From: Octopus vulgaris
Taxonomy: Eukaryota
NCBI GenBank assembly: GCA_951406725.2
Contig: OX597840.1
Coordinates: forward strand, 15,252,001 to 15,316,000
Reading direction: 5' to 3'
DNA length: 64,000 bases
The translations under genes and the position numbers were made by a program. The notes under the pieces were generated by a model. It did no database searches and had not been told where the DNA came from. It saw only the letters and a list, made by a program, of their open reading frames with translations. Every line of letters begins with the position of its first letter. The first letter of the stretch is position 1. Below are positions 27,096-40,164 of the stretch, piece after piece.

Positions 27096-27358
27096 AATGA
27101 ACGTACTGCAAATGGCTGTTGTTGATTTTGATATTTAAAAAACCACCGTTTACTATTTTACTTGTTTCAATAATTTGACTATGGCCATGCTGGAGCACCA
27201 CCTTTAGTTGAGCAAATCGACCCCAGGACTTATTCTTTTTAAGCCTAGTACTTATTCTATCAGTCTCTTTTGCTGAACCGCTACATTACAGGGACGTAAA
27301 CACACCAGCATCAGTTATCAAGCGATGTTGTGGGGGGGGGGACAAATACAGACACATG

Positions 27359-27400
<42 letters not shown>

Positions 27401-28010
27401 GATAAAACGGTAAGATAACAAAAGAAAGAAAGAGACCTCAATATTATGTAAATAGAGGAAATTTATCTATACAATATGTTACATTACTCGGTAGTCAAGA
27501 TAAAACTCTGAGTTTCAGATGCCGAAGTGGAAATCCACAACACCATCTCTTCGGTTATCTGGCTATTTGAAAACGTTATGAAAAAATACCGTTAAAAATG
27601 AAGGGAAATTACTCTGTTATAACTCTGCTTTGCCTGCGTACTTATACATCGCTCGCATTTTTCGTCATAAAAATTATATAAAAATACATAAAAATATATA
27701 AAAATATATAAAATCTTCTTGGGACATAACACAGAAAGCATGTTCTATCCGTTTTCTTTAGGGGACCAAAAACGTAACAGAAATTTAGTCACATGTGGGC
27801 ATGATCCGAAAAGCTCTGTCCTTGTATTTAGACATGTGGTAGGGTCTAAGCTGCTTTTCCAGATAAGCCATCTCTCCATGTCGCATAAACCGCACCTTCC
27901 GCTGCCGTTAGTATAGGGCTTACATCTGGCCAAAATCTTCCATTGTATGTTATAATCGACACCTTTATCTCTTAAAGACCAAATATGATTGGATAATTGT
28001 GTCGCTTTAA

Positions 28011-29390
28011 TTCGATATTGTTGATTTTTATGCCTCTATCTCTAAAGAACTGCTAGATAAAGCCCTAATCTTCGCTAGTGACTTCATAGAAATTAGTACC
28101 AATGATAAGGATATAATCTTCCATGCTAGAAAGACATTACTTTTCAGTGAGAATGCAAAGTGGGTAAAAAACACCGACACGGAGGGCGCTTTCGATGTGA
28201 GCATGGGTTCATATGATGGGGCAGGCATCTGTGATCTAATTGGACTCTTTCTCCTAGATACCTTCGGTAAGACATTCCCTAACGTACATTTCGCCATCTA
28301 CAAAGATGATGCCCTCGCCTTAACAGCTAATACAAATGGACCAGCACAAGATCGTTTTAGGAAGGATATTATCCAGTTAATGAAACACTTCGGTCTTAGT
28401 ATAACTATAGACACTAACCTGACGGTTGTCAATTTCTTAGACGTTTCCTTAGATCTTAATAATAATATTTATAAGCCTTATAGGAAGCCCAATGATAGAC
28501 TAAGTTATATTAATGTAGGTTCATGCCATCCCCCTATAGTATTCAAAAATTTAGTTAAAAATATTAGTAAGAGGATTTCTAGCCTCTCATCTAATGAGGA
28601 CATCTTCAATAGCGTTGCCCCAGTTTATAATAAAGCTTTAAAAGATAGTGGTTTTAGCGAAAAAATAAAATATACACCTATCACCAGCCCAACAATAAGG
28701 AAAAGGAATAATAGAAATAGGAAGGTCATCTGGTTTACGCCCCCTTACTCACCCGAGGTGGCCTTCAATATAGGTAAATATTTCCTAGCACTGATAGATA
28801 GACATTTTCCAGTTAACCATGCTTATAGGAAACTCTTCAATAGACACAATTTAAAAATTAGTTTTAGTTCAACTACCAATTTTAAAAACATAATCAATCA
28901 TAACATACAAAAAACACAAGAAGAAAACAGCTGTTCATGCAGGAATAAAGAATTGTGCCCGCTAAATGGAGCTTGCATGTCCAAGACCATCATATATGAA
29001 GCTACCGTAAACTCTATAACCACTAAAGACACCGTTTCGACGAAGAAATACGTGGGCCTGACAGAGGGTAATTTCAAGGCCAGGTTCAATAACCACACTT
29101 TGAGCTTTAGGCACTGGAACAAAAGAAAAGCGACACAATTATCCAATCATATTTGGTCTTTAAGAGATAAAGGTGTCGATTATAACATACAATGGAAGAT
29201 TTTGGCCAGATGTAAGCCCTATACTAACGGCAGCGGAAGGTGCGGTTTATGCGACATGGAGAGATGGCTTATCTGGAAAAGCAGCTTAGACCCTACCACA
29301 TGTCTAAATACAAGGACAGAGCTTTTCGGATCATGCCCACATGTGACTAAATTTCTGTTACGTTTTTGGTCCCCTAAAGAAAACGGATAG
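28011..29390 (+). CDS. PLE reverse transcriptase (C-terminal half) + Cys linker + GIY-YIG endonuclease; no native start
   Basis: Frame open from FDIVDFYASI through MGSYDGA and YKDD, FLDV, YRKP, WFTPPYS, CSC...CPLNGAC, IIYEA...YVGLTEGNFKARFNNH, CGLC..E...I...LN.R.E...CPH to TAG. Confidence 0.9.
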   Translation, partial: FDIVDFYASISKELLDKALIFASDFIEISTNDKDIIFHARKTLLFSENAKWVKNTDTEGAFDVSMGSYDGAGICDLIGLFLLDTFGKTFPNVHFAIYKDDALALTANTNGPAQDRFRKDIIQLMKHFGLSITIDTNLTVVNFLDVSLDLNNNIYKPYRKPNDRLSYINVGSCHPPIVFKNLVKNISKRISSLSSNEDIFNSVAPVYNKALKDSGFSEKIKYTPITSPTIRKRNNRNRKVIWFTPPYSPEVAFNIGKYFLALIDRHFPVNHAYRKLFNRHNLKISFSSTTNFKNIINHNIQKTQEENSCSCRNKELCPLNGACMSKTIIYEATVNSITTKDTVSTKKYVGLTEGNFKARFNNHTLSFRHWNKRKATQLSNHIWSLRDKGVDYNIQWKILARCKPYTNGSGRCGLCDMERWLIWKSSLDPTTCLNTRTELFGSCPHVTKFLLRFWSPKENG

Positions 29391-29580
29391 AACATGCTTT
29401 CTGTGTTATGTCCCAAGAAGATTTTATATATTTTTATATATTTTTATATATTTTTATGTGTTTTTATATAATTTTTATGACGAAAAATGCGAGCGATGTA
29501 TAAGTACGCAGGCAAAGCAGAGTTATAACAGAGTAATTTCCCTTCATTTTTAACGGTATTTTTTCATAACGTTTTCAAAT

Positions 29581-29652
29581 AGCCAGATAACCGAAGAGAT
29601 GGTGTTGTGGATTTCCACTTCAGCATCTGAAACTCAGAGTTTTATCTTGACT
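29581..29652 (+). ncRNA. type I hammerhead-ribozyme-like motif in the PLE 3' repeat (inverted copy at ~27493-27564)
   Basis: Stem I AGATAA/TTATCT, core CCGAAGA, stem II GATG...CATC with inner GTGGA/TCCAC hairpin, GAAAC-TCAGA-GTT short stem III. Confidence 0.6.
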
Positions 29653-30514
29653 ACCGAGTAATGTAACATATTTTATAGATATATATATATATATATACGT
29701 CAGGCTTCTTTCAGTTTCTGTCTACCAAATCCACTCACAAGATTTTGGTCGGCCTGAGACTATAGTAGAAGACACTTGCCGAAGGTGCCACGCAGTGTGA
29801 CTGAACCTGGAACCATGTGGTTTGTAAGCAAGCTACTCACCACACACCCACTCCTACGCCTATGATAACATTGTAAACAAACTTTGGTGTTTAAACTTTG
29901 TTTACGATTGTCAAAGGTTGTGAGCACCATATATACATATATACATGACGGGCTTCTTTCAGTTTCCATCTACCATATCCACTCACTAGGCTTTGGTCGG
30001 CCCGAGGCTATAGTTGAAGATACTTGCCCAAGGTGCCACACATTGGGACTGACCTGGAACCATGTGGTTGGTATGCAAGCTACTTACCACACAGCCACTC
30101 CTACGCCTATTTGATAAGAATTTTTTTTTACAAAACCCCCAGTTTTTATGAACCAAATTAGGAGAAGATTGGACAAAGTACTTTAAGCATTTCTTTTGGC
30201 TCTGAACATTTTGAGTTCAAATCCTTCAGAGGTCAACTTCGCTTTTCATCCTTCTAGCATTGATAGAATAGGTACCAGTTGAACACTGGGAGTCAAAGTT
30301 ATAAATTAGCCTTCTCCATGCCTCTCAAAATTTCAAGTCTTCTGGTTGTTGTAGAAAAGATTATTATTGTTCTGAGTTCAAATTCCACCAAAGTCAACTT
30401 TAGCCTTTCATCCTTTCAGGGTTGATAAAATAAGTACCAGTTGCATACTGGTTTCTGGTAGGTCTTTCTGGTTGGTCTTGACAGATACGTTTATTATTAT
30501 TATTATTAATATTA

Positions 30515-30882
30515 TTGCCTCCGCCAAGGAAGGAGGTTATGTTTTCATCGGCATTGGTTTGTCCGTCTGTGTGCAAAATAACTCAAAAAAGTTGTGAACG
30601 GTATTTGATGAAACTTGCAGGAAATGTTGGTAAGGAAACAGATGATGAAATTTTGGTAGTGATTCAGGAATTTTTATGGATTTTTGAAGGAATTTTCATT
30701 TGTTATATTTATTTTACATGAAGTATTACATTACGTTCTTTGATTATCTCCCATGAAAACACGTTCATCGTTTCCACATAAGCTATGGTGGCGTTGCTGT
30801 TTCCAAAGTTTATTTCCATTTCTCTATTAATAATTTTACTTGCATATCTATCTTAAAATGAGTTGCTTAGCAGAGGTCTGCG
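30515..30882 (+). mobile_element. Helentron-associated (DINE-1/HINE-like) non-autonomous element
   Basis: Subterminal IR CCTCCGCCAAG ... CTTAGCAGAGG, then GGAGGTTATGTTTTC and GTCTG repeats; shorter relative at 32060-32185 with 3' hairpin GCGCTCTCCGAGTGC. Confidence 0.7.
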
Positions 30883-30904
30883 GAGGATGACAAGCCTTGA
30901 CTAT

Positions 30905-31375
30905 TGGGATCAACTAAAAAAGCTCAGGCTTTGCTCCCTCTACCACCGCTGCGAGCTCTATATCATCTGTAAGATGTGAAAAATATTCCATCAACTTTGC
31001 CCATCTTTAAAATTTGTCTGAGGCTTGTCCCCCCCCCCCCCCCGCCATCCATCCACTACAGAAATGTTTGTGTCGTATCACAAAACTATGACAGAACTAT
31101 TTTACCTCAGTTGGCCCTGCTCTCTTCAACATCATGCCAGATACATATAAAGGAGGAAAGTGACTTCACGGCATTCAAACAATCCCTAGATGATTAACCC
31201 CAACAATTGCCAGATAAACCACCCACACCCAGACATTCTCTATGAACAATACCCCTCTGCTTGAATGGGCTACAGTTCCTCAGAGCTGACTGTGTGTCTC
31301 TTCCAGGTGGTGCTATTAAATTAGACATGGCCTGAGTCAACTTCGGTTGAAACTTATCTAAGTAATGTAATCTAT
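30905..31375 (+). pseudogene. degenerate CR1/L2-group LINE 3' fragment
   Basis: Fragments LKKLRLCSL..., GPALFNIMP, FKQSLDD, LPDKP; many frameshifts. Confidence 0.55.
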
Positions 31376-33092
31376 GCTGTAACCTTTTAATCAAAGCATG
31401 ATAATGTGGATAGAGGCTGATATCTTAACATTTCTGATGGTCCTAAGTATAAAAAAAATTATTAAAGATTTATATAGAACTACATTCAGAGTATGTCTAT
31501 AAGCTATTGTGTTTAGACCTGGTTTCTATCCTCAAACTGTTCTGTTATGTAGATGCAATTTTTTTTTTCTTAATAAAGCTCTCTGAAATTAGGAAAATCA
31601 AAAATCTGCAACAATCTCAGTCCCATGAGTATCGGATAATGGATTTTCAACTGTGTAAAGAAACTGATTGTGATGATTATAGTTTTGACGGTGATTGTGG
31701 TGAAAGCAGAGACAGTGTTGATGATGACGATGGTCAAGATAAGTATGGGAGGAGGATAAAATAGTATTGGTGGTTATAATGGCGTCAGGAGCAACATGAT
31801 GTGTGATGCTGAGGTGATGATGGTGGTAATAGTGGTGTTGATGATAGTGTTAGTTGTGTGATGGTGGTATTGCAGTGGTTATACTGGTTGTAGTGGTGAA
31901 AGTGACTGCCAAGGTAGCCATCATGGTAACATTGATGGTGATGTCTGTGGTTGAAGTGGAAGCAATGACTATGCTGCTGATGATGGTTGTGAACTGCTTC
32001 AGATAATTCCTGTTTTTAAAGGGTTTTTTTTTAAAATCATATGGCTGTGTTATTTTTTTTTACCCCTGCCAAGGAGGTTATGTTTTTGCCGGCGTTGGTT
32101 TGGGAAATTGGGCGATTTTCAGCATGCGTGTATTTGGGTGGAGATGAGCTGCTTGGCAGAGGTCTGCGCTCTCCGAGTGCTTTTATGGTTCTTATTGTTA
32201 TTAGTGTGGAGGTGGTTTGATAGAATTGGTAGAGCACTCACAAAAATGTTGGCACTGTATTATTCTCATTTCTGTTCCATGGGCAAAAAACACAAAATTT
32301 GATTGTTGCCCAACAAACATTGGTCTGTTCTCTTGTTTACCACTGTGTCCAGTTTCTAATAAAGTCTAGTTAACTGCAGGAGGGGGGGGGCTACGATGAA
32401 GAAACTAGAAAAGTACACAGCAAATTACAGTCAGAGAATGTAGAACACTTCATCAGCAACTCTTTATAAAATGTCTGTAACATCTTAAAACATGAATTTA
32501 ATGGTTTCCATCTCCCCCCCCACACACACACCCACTCACAAAACATTGAATGTTCTCTGCTATTTACCATTAAAATGTTTCTGTGTCCATTCCACACTGA
32601 AATCATTCTTCAAATTATGGAATATTTGTGTCTGTTTGATTTTTGGAAATTATAGTCCCCAAATTAGAAATTATCTCTGCCAATAATTATGTAGGAAATT
32701 CTGGTCCACTTAACACATCTGATTCTCTGCAGAGAAATCTTCGCATTTTAACTGACTCTGTCCATCATTTTACCTAAACTAAAAATAATTTGTCCTCTTG
32801 GCATGTACAATGATTGCTTGGTCAGCACACTTTACAGACCTCACTTGCAATGGTTGGTCTTTATAGGCTGGTAAAATGTTATCATTATTATTATTATTAT
32901 TCATAATAATGATGAAAACAATTTTTTGTTGTTTCTTGGTTAATCTTTTGTGACCTTAATTTTGTTAGAGCTTTCTGGATAAAAGTGAAGTGTGTTACAT
33001 GTTAGGAATAAAATAATTCAAAAACCCAATCTTCAGCTACATGTCATGACTAATATTTCTGATTTCACTTTTGATGAAAATCACTGAAGATC

Positions 33093-33145
<53 letters not shown>

Positions 33146-33519
33146 CCTCCCCTCTCTCTCTCCCTCTCTCTATCGTATGTCTTTTAGCATTTTATATCCC
33201 CCACCAAAAAAAATATTAATGTGGTTGACATTAGGAAGGGCATCCAGCTGTAGAAACCATGCCAAAATAGACTGGAGTCTGGTGCAGCCCCTCAGCTTAC
33301 CAGCCTTGGTCAAACTATCCAACCCATGCCAGCATGGACAATGGATGTTAAATGATGATGATAATAATGGTGATATGTTTGGAGTGGGTCTTCTTACATA
33401 CTTTTGTCTACTTCATATATTATTTCTGGTAACATCCAATGCCATAAAATGACAACAAGTAGTCACGCCATGCAGTTTATTCATAATTTGATTCATGGCA
33501 TTCTCTCTTGTCATTGCAG

Positions 33520-33571
33520 ACATCAAGCCAAGCTTTACAGTTTAACACATCTTATCTTTCTAACACACTAA
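33520..33571 (+). other. candidate 52-nt exon
   Basis: Pyrimidine tract TTCTCTCTTGTCATTGCAG| and donor |GTGAGT in non-repeat sequence; frame 0 is stop-free (TSSQALQFNTSYLSNTL). Confidence 0.35.
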
Positions 33572-34160
33572 GTGAGTGATAAGTTATGTTGAAGAAATAA
33601 AATAACAGAAAACCAAACTGTATCATCATCATAATTATCATTTAATGTCTGCTTTCCATACTAGCATGGGTTGGACGATTTGACTGAAGACTGGCGAACT
33701 AGTTGGCTGCCCCAGGCTCCAATCTTGATCTGGCAGACTTTCTACAGCTGGATGCCCTTCCTAATACCAACCACTCCGAGAGTTAGTGGGTGCTTTTATG
33801 TGCCACCAGCATGAGGGTCAGTCAGACGGTACTGGCAACGGTCATGCTCAAATGGTGTTTTTTATGTGCCACCTGCATAGGAGCCAGTCTAGCGGCACTA
33901 GCAACAACCTCACTCAAATATTTTTTCACATGCCAGTAAGGCATAGTTAAAAAATAGCTTAATCATGTGGTCAAGTTTGCTTGGACATTTTAAACCTGCA
34001 TTAATAGTGGGAAGAATTTGGAGAGGCATTCAGTGTCTCTGGTGAGATGATTTACATACATTGTGTTCTAACGACCAGCTTGAGCAGGGCTCTGATTTGG
34101 CTTCCATATCAGTAGGTCACTTGTCAGCTCTTATAAAAGTATATAGGAACATATATTGTA

Positions 34161-35079
34161 TTGAGTCATCCCATAAATAATGCAGTTTTTTCGGATGCAT
34201 GAGCTAAAAGCTGGAGGGGGACGGGATAAACTACCTGCATCAATTTGTTATAGAAGCAGGTAGTAATTTTACCTTGTCCTTATTCTTAGTGCAAGTCTTG
34301 AAGAGTGCAGTTCGATTTTATCAGTTATTTTTTCAAAGCTATAATGGAAGGGACAAAGGAACATATTCGGCATATTTTGATTTAGAGTTCAATAAAGGCA
34401 ACAATGCAATGGAAAGTGTGAGGGATATTAATGCAGTATATGGGGATCAGACAATAAGCATAAACCAGTGTCAACGGTGGTTCAAGAAATTCCAAGCCAA
34501 AAATTACAGCCTAGAAGACAAGCCCTGTCCTGGAAGATCTGTAGAGCTCAACGAGGATGTCCTGCAAACCCTGGTGGAAGAAAATCCTGTTGTAACTGTT
34601 GAGGAACTAGCAGAGAAGCTTGGATTTGGTCATTCAACCAGTTATTCAAATCAGTGCTAGAAGAAAAACGACCATCTTTGGTTTCCAGATGAAAGGTGTT
34701 CTTCCACCAGGATAATGCCCCAGCCACATGCACCAAGGGTGACATTCCAAAGGCTGGAGTAGTTTGAATGGGAAACGATGGTTCACCTACCATATTCACC
34801 AGACATTGCCCCATCTGATTATCATTTACTCCACAGTCTTCAAAATCATTTGGACAGAAAAAATTTGAATTATGTAGATGAGATCAGAACAGGAGGAGTA
34901 TTTTTTGTCACAGACAAGTGAATTTTAGAAGAGGAGACTTGCAAGTCTACCAGATAGATGGAAGGGCATTGTAGAAAATGAAGGAGAGTATATTTTAGAT
35001 TAAAAAAGAGCTTTGTTTATCTTAATTTTGAAAAAAAAAAGAAATATAAAAAAACTGCATTGTTTACGGGATGACCCAA
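34161..35079 (+). mobile_element. mariner transposon with internal deletion
   Basis: TIRs TTGAGTCATCCCATAAATAATGCAGTTTTT / AAAAACTGCATTGTTTACGGGATGACCCAA with TA on both sides; HTH region (QRWFKKF...LEDKP.PGRS) and HQDNA...YSPDIAPSDYHL motifs; frameshifted. Confidence 0.93.
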
Positions 35080-37929
35080 TATGTAAGTACTTATATACTC
35101 GTGTATAAGCATACTCTATGCTAATAGAGTATCTAAGTATACTATAGTGAGAATATTACGATAGTTAATGCTGACTTCTGTAGTTGTTCATATTGGACAT
35201 TTAAGAACCTTAATTGTTTGTTGGAAAAAAAAAAGTTCATGATTTGCTGTGAGGAGGTAAAAAATACAAAGTTTTTGAAAAGTTGGATTTTTCACTACTT
35301 GAAATTTTTTCAGCTAAAATGTTGGCATTATACTCCTCAAGGCACATCAAATTACTTAATTTCTTTTATCTTTCATGGATTAACTTTCCTGATTGCAAGT
35401 CAAAGCACCTGGAGTGTTTTTAATTCTAGATCCAACATTATAAAGAATCAACTTGAGGCAGAAGAAAAGGAAAAAAAAATGTTTATAACAATGGTATATT
35501 TGTGCTGTTAAGTAGATTGCTTTGTAACTACATGGTCTTGGGTTCAATCCTACTTTAAACAAGGGTCTTTGTTCTGAGTGATGATGCTAACAAAAAGAAA
35601 AAAAAAGGTAGAATCTGTGTGTGTGTGTGTGTGATTTTCTTATGGCAGCAAGGTGGCAGAACCATTAGCATGCCAGGCAAAATGCTTAGCAGTATTTTAT
35701 CTGCTACTACCTTCTGTGTTCAAATTTCACCAAGGTCAACTTTGCCTTTCATTCTTTCGGGATCAATAAATCAAGTACCGTTTACTAGCCTCTTTCCCCA
35801 AAAATTTTCAAGGCCTTGTGCCTAGAGTAGAAATAATTACATCATCTCAGACTCTTCCTGATTTTGATGTGGTTTTCATGACATTGTGTACTTGTTTTAT
35901 CAATATCTGTTTATCAAGTTGCTAAGTTATATCTTTAACATAATGGGAAGCAACTTGACGCATTGGCTTGCATTGATAAACATAGGCAGACACAAACTGA
36001 GAAACACACACATATATATCTATTTTTATATACACATACATTAATACACACACACACACACATAAATGTAAGTGCACATATATTACATGCGTGTATAATT
36101 ATGTATGTGTCTGTGTGTATGATGGACTTGCCCATCATTAGACAACATATGGGAGTTCAGCAATTTCTTGCCAAACAACCACACAGTTGATTTGTTTATA
36201 GCAATCAAATGTTTGTGTAGACATAAGCTCACTCACTCCATCAGATTGACATTACCTGCACAGGTGCAAGTGGGTGCCACATGTCAGATGACGAAATGAT
36301 CGCAGAGCAACGTGAAATGAAGTGCTTTGCTCAAGAATACAGCACAATGCTTGGTCTGGGAATCGAACCCACGATATTGCAGTCGTAAGTGCAACACCCT
36401 AACCACTAAGTCGTGTGACTTCACACACACATAACTGTCCAACCTATGTCAGCAGGGAAAATAGGTATTAAATGATGATAAAAATATGTGTATGTATGTA
36501 TTTATGTGTGTGTGTGTATATATATTTATATGTATATATATATATTAGTTATATCAGTGTGTGTGTAGCTATGTGTATTTATATATACATATATGTACGA
36601 GTGTGTATATGTGTTTGTTTGACACACATAGATACACATATATATAAAGAAAAGTGTGTTTATGTTGTGGGAGACCCAAAGATTTCTTTTATATTTTTTG
36701 TCAACACCATCATCATCATCTTCTTTTCTTCTTCTCTTTCCTAGTTGACCTTTTGTATGTTGTTCAGTGGTGTAGGTCACATGTTGTTATTGCAGAGTGG
36801 CCTCAGGCCACGTCTGATGTCAAGTACACAGCCAAAATGATTAACTGCGACAAACAGACAAACATCAACCATGGCTGTCACCACCAATTCCACCAGCTGT
36901 ATACAAACAGCAAACAAGGAAACTTCAGCATTCACTTGACTAGAAACAGCAGCCAAATCTCTTTCTTACGATGTTAGGAGTGGACACATTTGGATCATGT
37001 GCTCTTGGTTCCTCAGATATAGGGGAAAGAAAATGGGGTAGTCATGGCTGGATTGCTTTTGTTTATAGGCCTCCTTGATCAAGACTGACCGGATGTTAGA
37101 CATTAAGAATAGACAATCTATTACCAATATTATACTTGCTGTCGGAAGCCTCTGAAAGGCTGCTTGATTCACTAGAAATAACCGCCATAAAGGTTTTCTT
37201 TTTTCCTCGAAATATTTAAAATTATTTTGATTTTGAAATTTATTTTCAGTTTCCAAAATTTACTTTCATTTCAAAATCTGTGTCTTTTCTTTTGAAATGT
37301 AAATCTGATTTCCCAACCACATGGTTTCGGGTTCAGTTCCACTGCATGGCACTTTGGGCTCGTGTCTTCTTCTATAGCCTTAGGCCAACCAAAGCCTTGT
37401 GAGTGGATTTGGTCAGCAGAAACTGAAAGAAAGGCAGTGAGCTGGCAGAATCGTTAGCATGCTGGGTGAAATGCTTAGCAGTATTTCGTCTGCCATTATG
37501 TTCTGAGTTCAAATTCTGCTGAGATCAACTTTGCCTTTCATCCTTTCAGGGTCGATAAATTAAGTACCAGTTACGCACGGGGGTCAATGTAATCGATTTA
37601 ATCTCTTTGTTTGTCCCCTCTATGTTTAGCCTCTTGTGGGTAGTAAAGAAATAAGAAACTGAAAGAAATCCATTATGTCTATGTACGGAGCCTCCCTTGC
37701 GGTAAATGCCCTACATTCTTCTATGTCACCCTTGGTTTGAACACTCTGGCACCCTCTGCACCCATCAATTTGAAGGGGCCTTAATCACTCGCTATAGATT
37801 AACTACTCAGACACGAGTAATGCTGCCCCTGTCAATGATTATTATATATGTGTGTGTGTTTGTGTCTCTTTGTTTCCATATCACATGATAGTCGTAAATG
37901 AGTGTCACCATCATACAACCATGACAACA

Positions 37930-38305
37930 ACAACACAATGGTAGTGGTGGTGGTGGTGGCGGTGGTGATGTGTTGGTGGTGACGGAAGTAGTGGTGATGA
38001 TGAGATGTTTTGGTTGGGGGGGGTGATGATGGTGGTGATGGTGATGTTTTGCTGGTGGTGGTGATGATGACGATGTCATGGTGGTGGTAGTGGTGATGAT
38101 GATGTTTGCTGGTGGTGGTAGTGGTGGTGGTGGTGGTGGTGGTGATGATGATATGGTGGTGATGGTGGTTGTGATGATGATGATATGGTGGTGATGGTGG
38201 TTGTGGTAGTGGTGATGATGATGCTTTGGTGGTGGTGATGATGATGATATGGTGGTGGTGGTGGTGGTGGTGATGATGATGATATGGTGGTGGTGGTGGT
38301 GGTGA
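37930..38305. repeat. (GGT/GAT)n compound microsatellite
   Basis: Direct inspection. Confidence 0.9.
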
Positions 38306-40164
38306 TTTTTTTTGTTTTGTTATCGAAATTTATTTTTAGCATTAGAATTTAGTTTTGCTTTCAAAATGTAATTTTGCTTCCAAAATTTATTTTTACCTTT
38401 GAAATGTATTTTCATTTTGAAAAAATTTTTTTTCCATTTTGGTAATGCTACTTTTATTTTCACAATTTGGCTTTTATTATGTACTTTTTTCCAAAAATAT
38501 TCTTTTTCACCAAACGCTGCATTCACCATGTAGCAAACAAACCAATGAGAGACATTCTACATGCTAAAAATAGCAGCTAAATGTCCCTCGTTACTTTCTA
38601 CCATTTTAAAAACATAGCATGTTAAATAATTCACACCTTATTACTCCTAAATAGAGCGGATGGTCATAACTGGAGAGGCTTTCATCATGGGGCTGCTCAA
38701 TCAGGGCTAATCACCACCATCTCCACTACTACTGCAACCAACATTTTCACCACCACCAACACTACCACCACAACCATCAACAACACTGTGAACTAGTCAA
38801 GTGCCTCTAAGTGATGTATGGCCTGCTAGAAACAACAGCTAAATCTTTCTCAATTTACTACACCCTCCCACTTTATAAAAGGAAGGACACATTATGCAGA
38901 GTTGTTATGGCATAAACACCTTAGATGAGAACTGACCTAGGGTTAATTAACAACATGTAATGAATGTAAAAGGTCAAGTTGATGACCCTTCAGATGACCA
39001 GTGAAAGGCTTGGGAATCCCCTGCAGGGGTCAAAACTGGTCCCTCTGTCATATTGCTTGACCTGCTAGAATTTCAGCCAAAGCTCCCTCAAGTTACAATC
39101 TGCCATCTAAAGCAAAAAAAGGGTCAGACCTTGTAAAATATATGTGGCACTCTGTCAGTTACGATGACGAGGGTTCCAGTTGATCCAATCAATGGAACAG
39201 CCTGTTCATGAAATTAACAAAAGTAGCTGAGCACTCCACAGACCCTTAATGAAGTTCTTGGGGGAGATTCAGCATGACACAGAGTGTGACAAGGCTGGCC
39301 CTTTGAAATACAGGTATAACAGAAACAGGAAGAAAGCGTGAGAGAAAGTTGTGGTGGATGAGTACAGCAGAGTTCACCACCCCGCCTGCTGGAGCCTTGT
39401 GGAGCTTTAGGTGTTTTCACTCAATGAACACTGACAAAGCCCGGTCAGGGATTCAAAACCGCGATCCTACAACTGCAAGTCCACTACCCTCACCACTTGG
39501 CCATTGTGCCTCCACTGTATAATATAACCCTAGATGGAACACATAGAAGAGGGAGACCTAGAAAGACATGGGACAAAGTACTGAAAGACAAGTTCCACAT
39601 ACTGAACCTCTCAGACAAGATGACAAAGGACCGAGATACCCAGTACCTTGTTTACTCAAGAAAGCCCATCGTCCACAGCAGAAGTTTTAAGACCACCACC
39701 CCCTGGTGAAGTGGATTGGCCTGCAAGAGTTGTGTGCCAGTACCACATAATAACCACCCATGCTGGTGTCACATTAAAAGCACCCAGCACACACTGTAAA
39801 GTGGTTGGCATTAGGAAGGGCATCCAGCTGCAGGAACTGTGCCAAATCAGATTTGAACCTGGTACAGCTCTCCTGCTTGCAAGCTCTGATCAAACTGTCT
39901 AATCCATGCCAGCATGGAAAATGGACATTAAAGGATGATGATAATGATGATGATGATGACACCAGAAGATAGAGTGGTCATGATGGGGTTGTCTTCAACC
40001 ATGTGTCTCCTAGATCTAGGGCTAGCCTACAGCTAAAGAACAACATTAAATTATCACATCTCAAATTGTTTCTATATTCTGACTTAATTCAATAAATTTT
40101 CAGGAATTTTACCAAATTCTTTCATTTTTAATTGTTTTTACATCTATTTCTGACATTTATTAAT

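Larger units (their letters stand above)
27399..29681 (+). mobile_element. Penelope-like retroelement, 5'-truncated, with inverted copy of its 3' part
   Basis: 27464-28008 is the reverse complement of 29127-29681 (few substitutions, one 10-bp repeat-unit indel); the left copy extends ~65 nt further; (TA)n on both sides. Confidence 0.93.
27155..29861 (-). mobile_element. SINE family A copy split by the Penelope-like insertion
   Basis: Tail half at 27155-27360, head half at 29697-29861; the PLE sits in the internal (TA)n. Confidence 0.8.

Noticed and set aside
26622-27201. Cys/Gly-rich or His-rich metal-binding-like peptide (CSGCGGGG / HHHHSRCR)
   Set aside because: Arises from a 3-copy minisatellite within (GTG)n, preceded by (TG/TA)n; no exon signals.
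27719-27933. Separate small genes duplicated at 29219-29416
   Set aside because: They are the inverted copy of the PLE endonuclease 3' end and its antisense frame.
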